Shown here in pieces: positions 51,354 through 61,534 of a stretch of DNA of 64,000 bases (positions are counted from its first letter, which is position 1; each line of letters starts with the position of its first letter). This stretch comes from Candidatus Heimdallarchaeota archaeon. GTDB taxonomy: Archaea; Asgardarchaeota; Heimdallarchaeia; Hodarchaeales; Hodarchaeaceae. A program made the position numbers and the translations under genes. Below the pieces are notes generated by a model, which saw nothing but the letters and a program-made list of their open reading frames with translations, was not told where the DNA came from and made no database searches. The DNA is taken from contig JBHLSH010000001.1 of NCBI GenBank assembly GCA_048881705.1, forward strand, positions 128,001-192,000, read 5' to 3'.

Positions 51354-52370
51354 TTATCGCGAATAAGCACCAAAATGGGCTCGGGGATCCTTAATAAAAA
51401 CCGGGACAGCCGCAGCGCCTCGTTTAACCTCAATGTCGTGCATTTCTAGTACGCGAACGATCTCTTTGAAACGATTGCGGATTGTCACGGGGGTGGTTTT
51501 CGCCGCACGAGCGATCTGTTGTTGCGTTCGGCGTTCCCCTGTTTTAACTCCTGCTATGTAAAGGCAGGCGGCTGCAATTGACATTGGGTTTTTACCCACC
51601 GTAATGCCATATTCACGGGTTCTTATTGCGATTTTCACCGCTGCCATGCGAGTGGGCATTGAAAGGGATAATTCCCCTCCTAATCGATGGATCAGAGCTT
51701 CATGTCTCCCGCTGTCTGGTTTGGTTTGAAGATGTTGTATAATTGTCCTGACACATCGTCCCAATTCCTTAGATGATACATTGGCATTTATGGCAACGTC
51801 TTTGAGAGTAAGTGGGATTTTTGTTTTTCTGCATGCTAGATAAAGACTCGCCGCAATCATTCCATCAATCGAGCGGCCACGGATCAGATTCTTTTTCAAA
51901 CATTCACGATATACTTTACTTGCGGTCTGGGCTGTTCGATCTGGTAGCTCCATTTGACTCCGTAATCGTTTTAACTCCCGAAGTGCAATGCGAAGATTAC
52001 GGATTTCAGCGGAATTCGCGTGGTTGTCTACGTTGCTCAACCGATTAAAAACAAGTCGTTTGGATGAAGATAGTTTCCTCCCTTTACCGTCTTTCCGACT
52101 ACGACCTATCTGGGTCTTTATCCCTAAATCAGGTTGCAGTAAAGTTAAGGGGGATCCACCTCGGGATCGATCCTGTTCCTCAAAATAATCATATGCCCTC
52201 CATTCCGGTCCTCGATCTATAATCAAAGAATTAATGACAACGCCGCAGCATGCACATATAGCCTGGCCCGATCTTTGATCCGAAACGATTTCACCCTCAG
52301 CTCCGCACTCTGGACATTTTTGTCCTCTCGGTTCACCAGGAAACTGATTCGGTTGTGTTCGCATAACCAT
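51354..52370 (-). CDS. tfb: Transcription initiation factor IIB (TFB)
   Basis: CPECG...CACCG Zn ribbon, IDRGPEWRA, RGRS, GKNP.SIAAA.LY, QQQIA...TTPVTIRNRFKE. Confidence 0.96.
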   Translation of the reverse strand: MVMRTQPNQFPGEPRGQKCPECGAEGEIVSDQRSGQAICACCGVVINSLIIDRGPEWRAYDYFEEQDRSRGGSPLTLLQPDLGIKTQIGRSRKDGKGRKLSSSKRLVFNRLSNVDNHANSAEIRNLRIALRELKRLRSQMELPDRTAQTASKVYRECLKKNLIRGRSIDGMIAASLYLACRKTKIPLTLKDVAINANVSSKELGRCVRTIIQHLQTKPDSGRHEALIHRLGGELSLSMPTRMAAVKIAIRTREYGITVGKNPMSIAAACLYIAGVKTGERRTQQQIARAAKTTPVTIRNRFKEIVRVLEMHDIEVKRGAAAVPVFIKDPRAHFGAYSR

Positions 52371-52543
52371 CAGTGAATCATTAGATTAAAAAATTTTAAA
52401 ATCTATCCAGAGAAATCCTCCGAAATACGGAGAGAATTACTAGATCGTACTACTAGATAGTTATCTTGGCAGCGTCAGAAAAGCATCGTTTTTCGAGCTT
52501 CGAAATCATTCCGGAACTGCTTGGAATTGGACGGTTACATCTG

Positions 52544-53464
52544 TCAGGTGTTGTTTGGTGGATGCTCCCGTCCCCTCAAGTATCGTTCTATGTAGAACTC
52601 TCCTGCCTTATAGCTAGAACGAACAAGCGGACCTGAGACTACATATAGAAATTCCATTTGGCTTGCGATTTGCTCCCATTGCTTGAACATCTGGGGTGTA
52701 ACATATTCAACTACTGGAAGATGCCGTCGGGAAGGCTGAAGGTACTGTCCGAAAGTTACGATGTCCACCTTATTCTTCCGTAGATCTTGTAGGGCTGCAT
52801 GAACCTGGGTCATGTTCTCTCCTAATCCCAGCATTATCGATGATTTGGTTAGAATATGCGGATTCATGTCTTTGATACTTTTTAGGACAAACAGTGATTG
52901 TTTATAGCTTGCCCTTTTGTCTCGAACCTTGGGAGTCAATTCCTCAGTGGTTTCAATGTTGTGGCCAATAACATCTGGTTTTGCTTCCACAATGGTACGT
53001 AAAGAGGCAAGGTTACCTTTAAAATCTGGTATAAGGATCTCTACTAGGATATCTGGATTCAATTCACGAAGGGTATTAATACACTGGGCAAGATGTGCTG
53101 CTCCACCATCTTCTAGATCATCACGATCGACTGAGGTTAGTACAACATATTTCAAAGAAAGATTGTTGATTACTTCCGCCACTTTTCGTGGTTCTTCTCG
53201 ATCGAGCCATTTCCGTGGATTTCCCGCTGTAATATCACAAAATCTGCAGCCCCGAGTACAGACATCCCCCATGAGAAGAAATGTTGCTGTTCCAGATTCC
53301 CAACACTCGGTTATATTCGGACAAAAGGCCTCTTCACATACGGTGTGAAGGCTTTGTTGCTCTAGGAGTTGCTGGACGGTCCGATATTGTCTGCGGGTTG
53401 GTAGTTTTGCTCGGATCCAGGTGGGCTTTGGTTTACTTTTCACCAGAATATCCTCAATAGCCAT
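52544..53464 (-). CDS. lipA: Lipoyl synthase
   Basis: TVCEEAFCPNITEC, CTRGCRFC, TSVDRDDL, HNIET, GQYLQP, VRSSY; start moved to ATG 53464. Confidence 0.96.
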   Translation of the reverse strand: MAIEDILVKSKPKPTWIRAKLPTRRQYRTVQQLLEQQSLHTVCEEAFCPNITECWESGTATFLLMGDVCTRGCRFCDITAGNPRKWLDREEPRKVAEVINNLSLKYVVLTSVDRDDLEDGGAAHLAQCINTLRELNPDILVEILIPDFKGNLASLRTIVEAKPDVIGHNIETTEELTPKVRDKRASYKQSLFVLKSIKDMNPHILTKSSIMLGLGENMTQVHAALQDLRKNKVDIVTFGQYLQPSRRHLPVVEYVTPQMFKQWEQIASQMEFLYVVSGPLVRSSYKAGEFYIERYLRGREHPPNNT

Positions 53465-53548
53465 TTTAAATCCCCTTTTTTTAGCTTTTAAATACCCTGG
53501 GAAAAGCATGCTTTAGATGTCTCGGTAGAATACAGGTGAATTCCTCCG

Positions 53549-55945
53549 ATGATCTATCAATACGAGTTACAGGAATTTTTAAGAGGCCTTTCAGTCGAAC
53601 AACTTCTGGCTGGCCTTGCAAGTCTCTTGCTGCTACTCGTTTTCGTGTTAGAATTGCGAAAATATCTCAAATACCGTAGTTATCCTGATCTCTTAGAACT
53701 CTCAGGTATCGGTCTTTTGGCTACTTTATTGTTTACTGTTACTGGAGATCTATTATTATCGGGGCTTGCCGCCATTCTTGGCTTAATGGTAATTGGAACC
53801 TTTGAAGTGAGAGAAAATGCCATTTGGGTTCGAATGATGGGGACGTTTACAGTCAGTTACGGATTTTTCTTTTTTATGACTCTCCTAGGACATATTACCA
53901 CAAAGGTATTCCCCAGCACAGGAATAACCATCAAGAATATTTTGATAGGATGGGGATTTAATTCTGATATCAACATCCAGCAGTTCTTTGTTGGTATTGG
54001 CTATAATCTTATTATTTGGATAATGTTGGCAACAGCCTTTCTTGTTTTTGGCCGAAAATTCATTATAGTCACCAGATTTATCAGCCCTCAAATGGTATAT
54101 TTGGTACTTTATCTCGTTGCATTATTCGTTATTTTACAGCTTAACCTCCCCGACCTAGCAAAGTATATCGCAATCTTCACAACTAATGTCTTTATCTACT
54201 TGTTTTCTGGCCCTTTATTGACCATTTTGCTGGGAATAAAACCCCTGGACGACGAACGTGCCAAAAAGATTATTAAGGAGGTTCAGGAAAAGATACCCAC
54301 TACGATACGAAAAATTGGTGTAGTTCAAGCCCCGATCCTTAATGCTTTTGCTTTTGGCCCATGGTTTGACCAACGGATTGCTTATATCACCACAGATCTT
54401 TCTCAATTCACGGACGCTGAGATTAGGGGAATCACTGCTCATGAACTAGTTCATCTGAAGAAAAAGCATACACTAATCCTGCTTGTGATTACTGCGATCG
54501 AACTCGCCATAAAAGCCCTAATTGATGCCCCTTCAACATATTGGGAATATGTACTTGGGTCAAATCAAACGTGGGACTTTCTTAGTTTTTGGTTGTTCAA
54601 TATTATTCTTTTTGCATTTCTTCTAACTTTTGTAAAGATGTTAGAAGGCCAAGCTGATTGCGTAACCCGAGATTTGGGTTACGGTATTGATTTAGCAGAA
54701 TCGCTTTATCGTCTGGAGGGATTTTATTATGGAGTTGCAGGAGAAATCGGATTTAATGCTCAATTGATGACGGGAAAAAAACGTTCCAAGGATGAGAATA
54801 TCCGTTTCATGGGAGACCAAGCCTACTATCTCTATCGTAATCTTGCCCCTAGTCGTATGACTTGTGTAATGAATCTTATTGCATCTCACCCATTGACCAG
54901 TCTCCGCCTGGCTCTACAGATCGATCACTCCATTGGAGCGTTCAAGGCAGGCCTGATGGTTTGGTTATTGCTATTGCCTGGATTTCGTAAGCGTGCTATC
55001 AAGAAACTCCAAAGGAGCCATGAGGGCCTTGCAGAGCTACTTACACAAAAATATATGCGTGATTTCGGCACTGTTGGAGATTACCTCGAAATCACTTTCG
55101 AGGAATCGACAGCAAGATATTTTGTAGATCGCTATGTTCTCGCAAGACCGTGGCTGGTTGATGGACCAGCTTTTTGGGGGAAAATTACAGAATATCAGCT
55201 CACAGATAATATTGTATCCCCTATTAAACTGGAAATGGATACTAGGGACGGAACAACTGTTACTCTTTCTAAAGGTGATTATTACATTACTTTTGCTGAG
55301 CCAAATCACGAATATTTTACTAAAGGAGGGAGCAAAGTAATTTTAGACAATATAGAGCTTCGTAATGGTAAATTCAAGAAGTTTCATTTTATTAATGAAA
55401 ATGGAGAGAAATCTTCTACGCGATCAGGCCTAGGCTTGGATTTAGCAGATTTGGATCGAAAAGAGTATTGGTTGGTTTTCAAAGAGGGAGTACTCCAACC
55501 TTGGATCCTAAAAGAGGTTAACATTGGTAAAACATTTTCAGAATCTAATTTCTTGTTTGAAGATAATACTCAGACCCAATATCGGATGTATGGTAATGAA
55601 CTGGTAGTATTTACACCCCCACTTCTCCAGATGATTAAAAAGAAGAATTGGAAAAAAGAAAAAACGTTTTTTGATAGATTAAAACAATTGGATGAGCCAG
55701 TTATTTTATACGACAAAGAAGATTTTGATATAGGAGCACCAATTAAGATTAATGCCGCTACGGACAGTTCTGTTGATTTCTTAGAAGGGAGAACTAGACG
55801 AGAGCTTCCTATAACCAAACTAGATGCCTTAATCTTAGATTATCCCTTCCATATGTTAAATATCAAGAAGGAAATGGGACTTGGAAGCAAAATTGCGTTT
55901 AAACTGCTAAATAGGGGAGTACAGGCAAAATATATTGGAATTTAA
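53549..55945 (+). CDS. M48 (HtpX/Ste24-like) membrane Zn protease with an extended N-terminal TM region and a large soluble C-terminal extension
   Basis: NAFAFG, HELVH (HExxH), EGQAD third ligand, ASHP...R. Confidence 0.85.
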   Translation: MIYQYELQEFLRGLSVEQLLAGLASLLLLLVFVLELRKYLKYRSYPDLLELSGIGLLATLLFTVTGDLLLSGLAAILGLMVIGTFEVRENAIWVRMMGTFTVSYGFFFFMTLLGHITTKVFPSTGITIKNILIGWGFNSDINIQQFFVGIGYNLIIWIMLATAFLVFGRKFIIVTRFISPQMVYLVLYLVALFVILQLNLPDLAKYIAIFTTNVFIYLFSGPLLTILLGIKPLDDERAKKIIKEVQEKIPTTIRKIGVVQAPILNAFAFGPWFDQRIAYITTDLSQFTDAEIRGITAHELVHLKKKHTLILLVITAIELAIKALIDAPSTYWEYVLGSNQTWDFLSFWLFNIILFAFLLTFVKMLEGQADCVTRDLGYGIDLAESLYRLEGFYYGVAGEIGFNAQLMTGKKRSKDENIRFMGDQAYYLYRNLAPSRMTCVMNLIASHPLTSLRLALQIDHSIGAFKAGLMVWLLLLPGFRKRAIKKLQRSHEGLAELLTQKYMRDFGTVGDYLEITFEESTARYFVDRYVLARPWLVDGPAFWGKITEYQLTDNIVSPIKLEMDTRDGTTVTLSKGDYYITFAEPNHEYFTKGGSKVILDNIELRNGKFKKFHFINENGEKSSTRSGLGLDLADLDRKEYWLVFKEGVLQPWILKEVNIGKTFSESNFLFEDNTQTQYRMYGNELVVFTPPLLQMIKKKNWKKEKTFFDRLKQLDEPVILYDKEDFDIGAPIKINAATDSSVDFLEGRTRRELPITKLDALILDYPFHMLNIKKEMGLGSKIAFKLLNRGVQAKYIGI

Positions 55946-55996
55946 GGTTTTTCCATTCTTCAAGCGTTTAATAATTGACCTGATCTGAGAAACCCA

Positions 55997-57256
55997 TTAA
56001 GCTTGTCTCGTTCCCTGCAGAACCTCTTCTCTTATTATCGCTGCCCGTTCTTTGCGCTCCTGTAATGCCTGAGACAGTTGATCCGCTTCTCGGGTTTTTA
56101 AGGAAATTTCATCATTTTTGGCTGATAATTCAGCTTCGAGATTTTTAATACGGGTTTCGGTATCTTTCAGCTTCCTATAGGTTTCATTGAATTCTACTGA
56201 TGTCGCTTCTTCTTGTTTTTCACTGGATAGCTTACGCCATTCTTTTTTTTCCGAATCTAGTTTTCCTGTTTCGATGGCCTTGAGGACTTGACGCACGTTA
56301 TTGATTTCTTTTTGCTTTAATCCAAGATCTGAGGCGACATTTATCAATTCTTCAAATAAAACTATGATTTCTGGATTTCCTTCTCCTTCCTGAAGAAACT
56401 GGTGTACAGGATTTTCTTCATAAGCAAGAGCACTACTTACTATCCCAAAATCGCTCGAGATTGAGCCCCGCTGAGTTTCCCGAGCAAATTTCTTGAAAAT
56501 TTTCTTAAAAGAGTTCAAACGTCTCCCCATCTGGATTTCCAGCTCGGTCATACGAACAGATCGTTGATGTGATGCTTGGATGACGGGATTCTCCATTAAA
56601 GAAGAATACTCTTGATCTATCTCTGACTTTTCCGTTAGTAGGACCTCTACCTCCTTTTGTAGCATCGAAATCTCAGATTTCTTCTCCTCAATCTTCTCCA
56701 AAATATCCTCAACATCATTCCTCAGACCTTCTAGATCTTCGCAGGCCTTTATCGCTTGATATTCCTCATCTTTCAGGGCACGAAGCTTTGCTAAATCATC
56801 ACCGAGTTTACCTATTGGTACATAAAAAGATCTTTTCTTGAGCATAAAGTCGAGACCCATAATTTTATCTGCTTTCGCCTGTTCTTCGTTCACGTTGTTC
56901 AACAATCGTGACATTACCCTTATAAACTGCGATAAATCAGCATAAGTCAGATCTCGGCTCGTTTCGGGAATTTGGAATTTAGAAAAATGTTCATTTAAGA
57001 AATGAACTAGATTATTCATGGCTCGAAGAGAACGAAAGTAGATTTTCCCCTTTTTTGTGATTTTTTGAATGCCTTCCTCAGTCAGTTGAGGATCCGTCTC
57101 CTCAATACTCTTCTCAATCCCTTCCAGTACTTTTTCGTTATTTTTCTGTATAGCCTGTCTAAGTTTTCGGCTTTGCTCGTACCCTTTATTTATCGCGTCC
57201 TTCTTTCTATCTTCTACTATCCGAATATGATCAACAATTTCGTCAATGGCAGCCAT
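55997..57256 (-). CDS. Coiled-coil-rich archaeal hypothetical protein
   Basis: 419 aa with extended heptads at residues ~160-245 and ~330-415; no ATPase motifs. Confidence 0.75.
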   Translation of the reverse strand: MAAIDEIVDHIRIVEDRKKDAINKGYEQSRKLRQAIQKNNEKVLEGIEKSIEETDPQLTEEGIQKITKKGKIYFRSLRAMNNLVHFLNEHFSKFQIPETSRDLTYADLSQFIRVMSRLLNNVNEEQAKADKIMGLDFMLKKRSFYVPIGKLGDDLAKLRALKDEEYQAIKACEDLEGLRNDVEDILEKIEEKKSEISMLQKEVEVLLTEKSEIDQEYSSLMENPVIQASHQRSVRMTELEIQMGRRLNSFKKIFKKFARETQRGSISSDFGIVSSALAYEENPVHQFLQEGEGNPEIIVLFEELINVASDLGLKQKEINNVRQVLKAIETGKLDSEKKEWRKLSSEKQEEATSVEFNETYRKLKDTETRIKNLEAELSAKNDEISLKTREADQLSQALQERKERAAIIREEVLQGTRQA

Positions 57257-57281
57257 TCAACCACCTGTGTCTACTGATTTG

Positions 57282-57686
57282 TTATTTGGCATAATACACG
57301 GAGGAGAGAAACAGTTCGTCCAGGCGTGTCACCATTAATTCAAGAAGAGGAGATCCCTCTTGTTTCTTCTTGAACCCAATTGTTAAATGGTTGATCTCTC
57401 CTTCTTCATTTGTGTCGGATAAAAAATCTAGGCCTTGTAGCGAGGGTTGGCATTGTTCCCATATCTGAGGAATAACTGCGCTCATTTGTTCGAATTCATC
57501 CACTTCCATGTCTACAATTCTGTTTTCACTCCTTTTCAACCCAGTCAAAGGGAACCCACTCTCATCGGATACAAATGAGGCCACGACACGATGTGCTTGC
57601 GAATTACTATTCCTAATGGTCATTTGTTTTGATAAAATCGCCCTCAAGGACAATCGCATTTGCTCTTCAAGATTTCTACCTTTCAC
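57282..57686 (-). CDS. Divergent roadblock/LC7-like protein
   Basis: VVASFVSDESGFPL...EFEQMSAV; 134 aa; 25 bp upstream of the coiled-coil gene. Confidence 0.6.
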   Translation of the reverse strand: MKGRNLEEQMRLSLRAILSKQMTIRNSNSQAHRVVASFVSDESGFPLTGLKRSENRIVDMEVDEFEQMSAVIPQIWEQCQPSLQGLDFLSDTNEEGEINHLTIGFKKKQEGSPLLELMVTRLDELFLSSVYYAK

Positions 57687-57869
57687 GGCTTTTCGTCTCG
57701 CAATACTTTGGACGACCAGGTCATTTTACTTTACAATGGCAATTTACTTAAGATTTTTCACTATAACCACCTGGCCCTTAACTTGTATAAACATAAAGAA
57801 AGCCAACTTTTTTGGGCTGGGTTCACCAAGTTAACCAGACCCATGATAGATATCCGGTGTAAATTTAGC

Positions 57870-60800
57870 ATGGCAGCGAATAAAGCTCCCCGTAGGGCTT
57901 TTCAGCGATTCATCACGGCGATTATCGTTTTTCTGCTTCTTGTTTCTTTGTTCCCTGGCGAAACCTGGATTTCACGATCATCCTCACCAATGGGTCAGCA
58001 TAAACAAAAACCTCTTGTCACTCCCGTTCCCAATACTGGTAAAAGGCAAATTCAAAGCCATCAATCGAATTCAAATGGAGATTTTACTGGTTTTGACATA
58101 GAAAGCCTTGACGAGTATATGCACACGTTATACGATTCCGAGAATGGGATTTTTTCAGAAACCAAGGACGGATTTTTGACATCTACTGCCACCTATAATG
58201 GCCTTGCCATCATCCGATATCTCGGCCTAGACTACTATTTTTATGGTTCAGATTGGCAGAATGAAGAAAGTAATATTGCTACCAAACTTACACTCGACCT
58301 CAAAGACGAGGCTGAGTCAGGAGGATTTCGTTTAACCTCAGATGTGAACACACCCACCCTGGAGGGATCATTTGGGGTTACGACATCTTTATGGATTATG
58401 GATGAACCACGACTGATGGAATGGGCCGTGGGTTTACTAGACTTCGTATACAACAAAACTTTCAATAGGGACACGATTCGGTTTCATGAGGTAGGGCAAA
58501 ATGCCTCCTTAAAGGCCACTTTTCAAGCTCTGACAATTTTGGATTTAATTCGTAAAATTGTCATTGTGCCGGAGCTCTTCGACGCAACTATTACGCCCAT
58601 TGTCAATCAAACGGTGTTAGATTTCATGACGAATTATTCTGTTGACATCTTCAATTTTATTTCGAGTAATCGTATAAATAATTCATTCTTTTACATTCCT
58701 CATCCCTACGGAACGCCCATAGAAGATACGTGGTATGCTCTCCGTTCAATCGAGATCTTAGAGTATTATTCAAAGATTGTTGGTCCGCCGTTACCAACAG
58801 CACTTACAACTTTTGAAATTTCTACTAAAAATTGGTTAAAAACTCAGATAAAGACAACAGGTCCCACTAAGGGTGGTTTTGGCGATTCTGAACATGCTAC
58901 AATGGCAGAAACGGGACTAGGATATGCTATTTTGAATCTATTTAATGCCACCAATGAGATCAACCACACTAACACCGTGATCTTTATTAATTCCTCCCAG
59001 TTTCTCCAGAGAGAGAACCGGACCTACTCTGAATCAGAATTGAATCAGGTTGGAGGGTTTGCACCGAATAATCTCACATTTGGTGTCAGACAATCTAACA
59101 AATTGGTGAACATTTATGATACATTTTACGCCGTTCTGACTCTTCTCTTATCCGGAAATATTTTTAATTCCATCGATATCTCCCTAGAGACCTCTCATTT
59201 TCAAAATGATCCCATATTGAATAGATCTGACTTCATTATTCAGGGAAGAACGGCTGAGTTAACACAAACCTTCAAAATATACAATTATGAAAGTCATGGT
59301 GCCTTAAGTTTAAGGACCACATTGGATAATTGGAATACTACTGACAGGGATTACACAGAAACGAATCCAGCTTTTGTGGGAAAATCGGAAGCGAGATATA
59401 TTTCCAATCTTGAAAATGATTCCGCTGGTACATTTAATTGGACTTTAGGAAACCATGGTCTTACTAATATGATCTCTATTAGGAATTTGCCTATTATCCG
59501 AGCTCCCGTATATCTTCTAAACACTTCCGTCTTTGTGGGATATTTGCCCAATGTGAAATTCACTACCTCAGACATTAAACCTGGTGACAACGTTACAACC
59601 ACCATTTTTGTCCAAAATCAGTCTGTTCTAGACTTTAAAACCTATAACATTACTACAGGAACCATAAGTGTAGATCTGACAACTCCTGATGACATTCAGA
59701 CGAATGTTATCACATCTGAGCCTATCAATGTAACAACAGGTGCGGTATCCTTCTTTCTGAACTTTTCAAAACAAGCTCTATTAGGTACATGGAAGATTAC
59801 AATTACTTATACTCAGGCCGCCTTCAGTTTCTCTGTAATGGCACTCATCGAAGTCACCGATACTGTATTCCTTTATAACATCTCAAAACTTACGGAATAT
59901 TATCCCGGGCAAGTAATGAACCTGAATGTTTCCTTAAAGTATACTAATGGCGGGTTTACTCCCAAAGCCAATGCTACATTAGTTTTTACCAGTAATTCTT
60001 CTAATCTGAAAGTTTTTTCTCTTTCCTTGGAATTTTTCGAAGGAAACGTTTATTCTACGAGTGGAACATGTCCAACTCGCCTACTTTATGGCTGGTATAA
60101 TACTTCGGTCCATTTCACATGGAATACATCAACTTCGATCCAACCAACGGATGCACGGAATGAAAGTCTCTCAGCGGTTTTCATCGGTGGCGTCCCAGTT
60201 CTGGTGCCAAAATCTTTCCAAACAGATTACCGTAGCTTGACTTTACTTAAAAGCAATGACATCTACGTTGGAGAAGAAATCTCACTTAATATCACAGTAG
60301 GTTTTAAAACACCTTCTAGCATCAATAATATCACAAGCACTACTGTTTTTGTTCAAGCAGGATTAGTCAACAATTCTCAACCTTCGGTGTATCTTCAAAT
60401 TTTTCAAACTTCCTATTCCAGTAATTTGATAGTGTTTAGTAGTCTTATTAACCCAAATTTAGCTTCTGGAACCTATGGAACGCGCTTTCAGATAAAATCA
60501 GACTGGAATAATTCATACGTCTCTTTACATGATTTTACGGACAATTCCTTGGATGCAAGTTACAATTTTACTTTCTTAGGAGACTTAACGCTGAAAAATG
60601 TGGTTTATCCTGAAACAATAGTGGCCTCTGGGCTACCTACCTATGCCCGGGACTCAACAACAATTCTGGCAATTGAGTTTGAGGTTTACAACATTGCCTA
60701 TGAGACCGATATTGCGGTTCCGGATTTGAATCTTTATGGCATATTGGACATTCAGGGGAGTGTAGGAGGGCTGAATCAATCTCTACCTAGTATTACCACC

Positions 60801-61058
60801 AGCCCAAGCACCCGCGGGCTCACGACCTATCGGATCACAGTCCCTTATTTTGCACTTAACCCAGGAGACTATCAAATTACAATATTCACTTGGACTGCTA
60901 TTCACGCTCACCTTGAAATAGGAGAATTATCACCCGGCTTTAAAGTGGTTGATACCTTTTCACCACAAGGCTTTATTCAACTGCACGAGGCCGCTATCAT
61001 TGGAGCCGCTATCATTGGAATCATTCTCCTGTATTTGAATGTAAAAAGGCCTCGTTAA
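57870..61058 (+). CDS. Large exported, C-terminally membrane-anchored protein with prenyltransferase-like alpha/alpha-toroid repeats and Ig-like beta domains
   Basis: Signal/TM FITAIIVFLLLVSLF; repeats such as TATYNGLAII, TLEGSFGVTTSL, SLKATFQALTIL, IEDTWYALRSI, GGF..SEHATMAET, IYDTFYAVLTL; many N-x-S/T sequons; C-terminal TM. Start moved to ATG 57870. Confidence 0.75.
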   Translation: MAANKAPRRAFQRFITAIIVFLLLVSLFPGETWISRSSSPMGQHKQKPLVTPVPNTGKRQIQSHQSNSNGDFTGFDIESLDEYMHTLYDSENGIFSETKDGFLTSTATYNGLAIIRYLGLDYYFYGSDWQNEESNIATKLTLDLKDEAESGGFRLTSDVNTPTLEGSFGVTTSLWIMDEPRLMEWAVGLLDFVYNKTFNRDTIRFHEVGQNASLKATFQALTILDLIRKIVIVPELFDATITPIVNQTVLDFMTNYSVDIFNFISSNRINNSFFYIPHPYGTPIEDTWYALRSIEILEYYSKIVGPPLPTALTTFEISTKNWLKTQIKTTGPTKGGFGDSEHATMAETGLGYAILNLFNATNEINHTNTVIFINSSQFLQRENRTYSESELNQVGGFAPNNLTFGVRQSNKLVNIYDTFYAVLTLLLSGNIFNSIDISLETSHFQNDPILNRSDFIIQGRTAELTQTFKIYNYESHGALSLRTTLDNWNTTDRDYTETNPAFVGKSEARYISNLENDSAGTFNWTLGNHGLTNMISIRNLPIIRAPVYLLNTSVFVGYLPNVKFTTSDIKPGDNVTTTIFVQNQSVLDFKTYNITTGTISVDLTTPDDIQTNVITSEPINVTTGAVSFFLNFSKQALLGTWKITITYTQAAFSFSVMALIEVTDTVFLYNISKLTEYYPGQVMNLNVSLKYTNGGFTPKANATLVFTSNSSNLKVFSLSLEFFEGNVYSTSGTCPTRLLYGWYNTSVHFTWNTSTSIQPTDARNESLSAVFIGGVPVLVPKSFQTDYRSLTLLKSNDIYVGEEISLNITVGFKTPSSINNITSTTVFVQAGLVNNSQPSVYLQIFQTSYSSNLIVFSSLINPNLASGTYGTRFQIKSDWNNSYVSLHDFTDNSLDASYNFTFLGDLTLKNVVYPETIVASGLPTYARDSTTILAIEFEVYNIAYETDIAVPDLNLYGILDIQGSVGGLNQSLPSITTSPSTRGLTTYRITVPYFALNPGDYQITIFTWTAIHAHLEIGELSPGFKVVDTFSPQGFIQLHEAAIIGAAIIGIILLYLNVKRPR

Positions 61059-61437
61059 CTAATTTTTGACAGATATCTCGGAACCAATCTTCAAAAAAAC
61101 GTGTCAAATCGTGGAGTCGAGAGGGAGTCAGTTGAGGCAGAGTCATACCAAGTATAACCAATGTATGCCGACGTGTATACTTTGCAACGATCTGGGCGAT
61201 TCTGCCGGCCAATTCGCCGTCTCGATGGGAAGGGAATGAAAAGCTACTGTAATTAGCACTTTTTTTGCCATTACTCCTAATATAGGGAACTCCAATCCCA
61301 AGTCCTCCCAAATGGTCATTTGGCGATGTTATATTAATGATTAGACCTTGTTTTGCGGAAAGACGGCCTTTTGTATATACGGTAGCGCTAAATTCATGGG
61401 AAGAAAATTCTGAACGAAATCTTGCTAATACCTGCAA
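61021..61437 (-). CDS. LpdD/PAC4-like (proteasome-assembly-chaperone fold) protein
   Basis: LIINIT...DHLGGLGIG.P...SA..S.F.FPSHRDGELA..IA..VA...TLVILG pattern. Confidence 0.6.
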   Translation of the reverse strand: MQVLARFRSEFSSHEFSATVYTKGRLSAKQGLIINITSPNDHLGGLGIGVPYIRSNGKKSANYSSFSFPSHRDGELAGRIAQIVAKYTRRHTLVILGMTLPQLTPSRLHDLTRFFEDWFRDICQKLVNEAFLHSNTGE

Positions 61438-61534
61438 AAATTTTCATCCCTGAATTGCCTGGATTAAAAGGTCGTGGATATGGCTACGATAGGAATTAAA
61501 CTGCATCGTAACAACAATAACGAAAACCCGAGTC

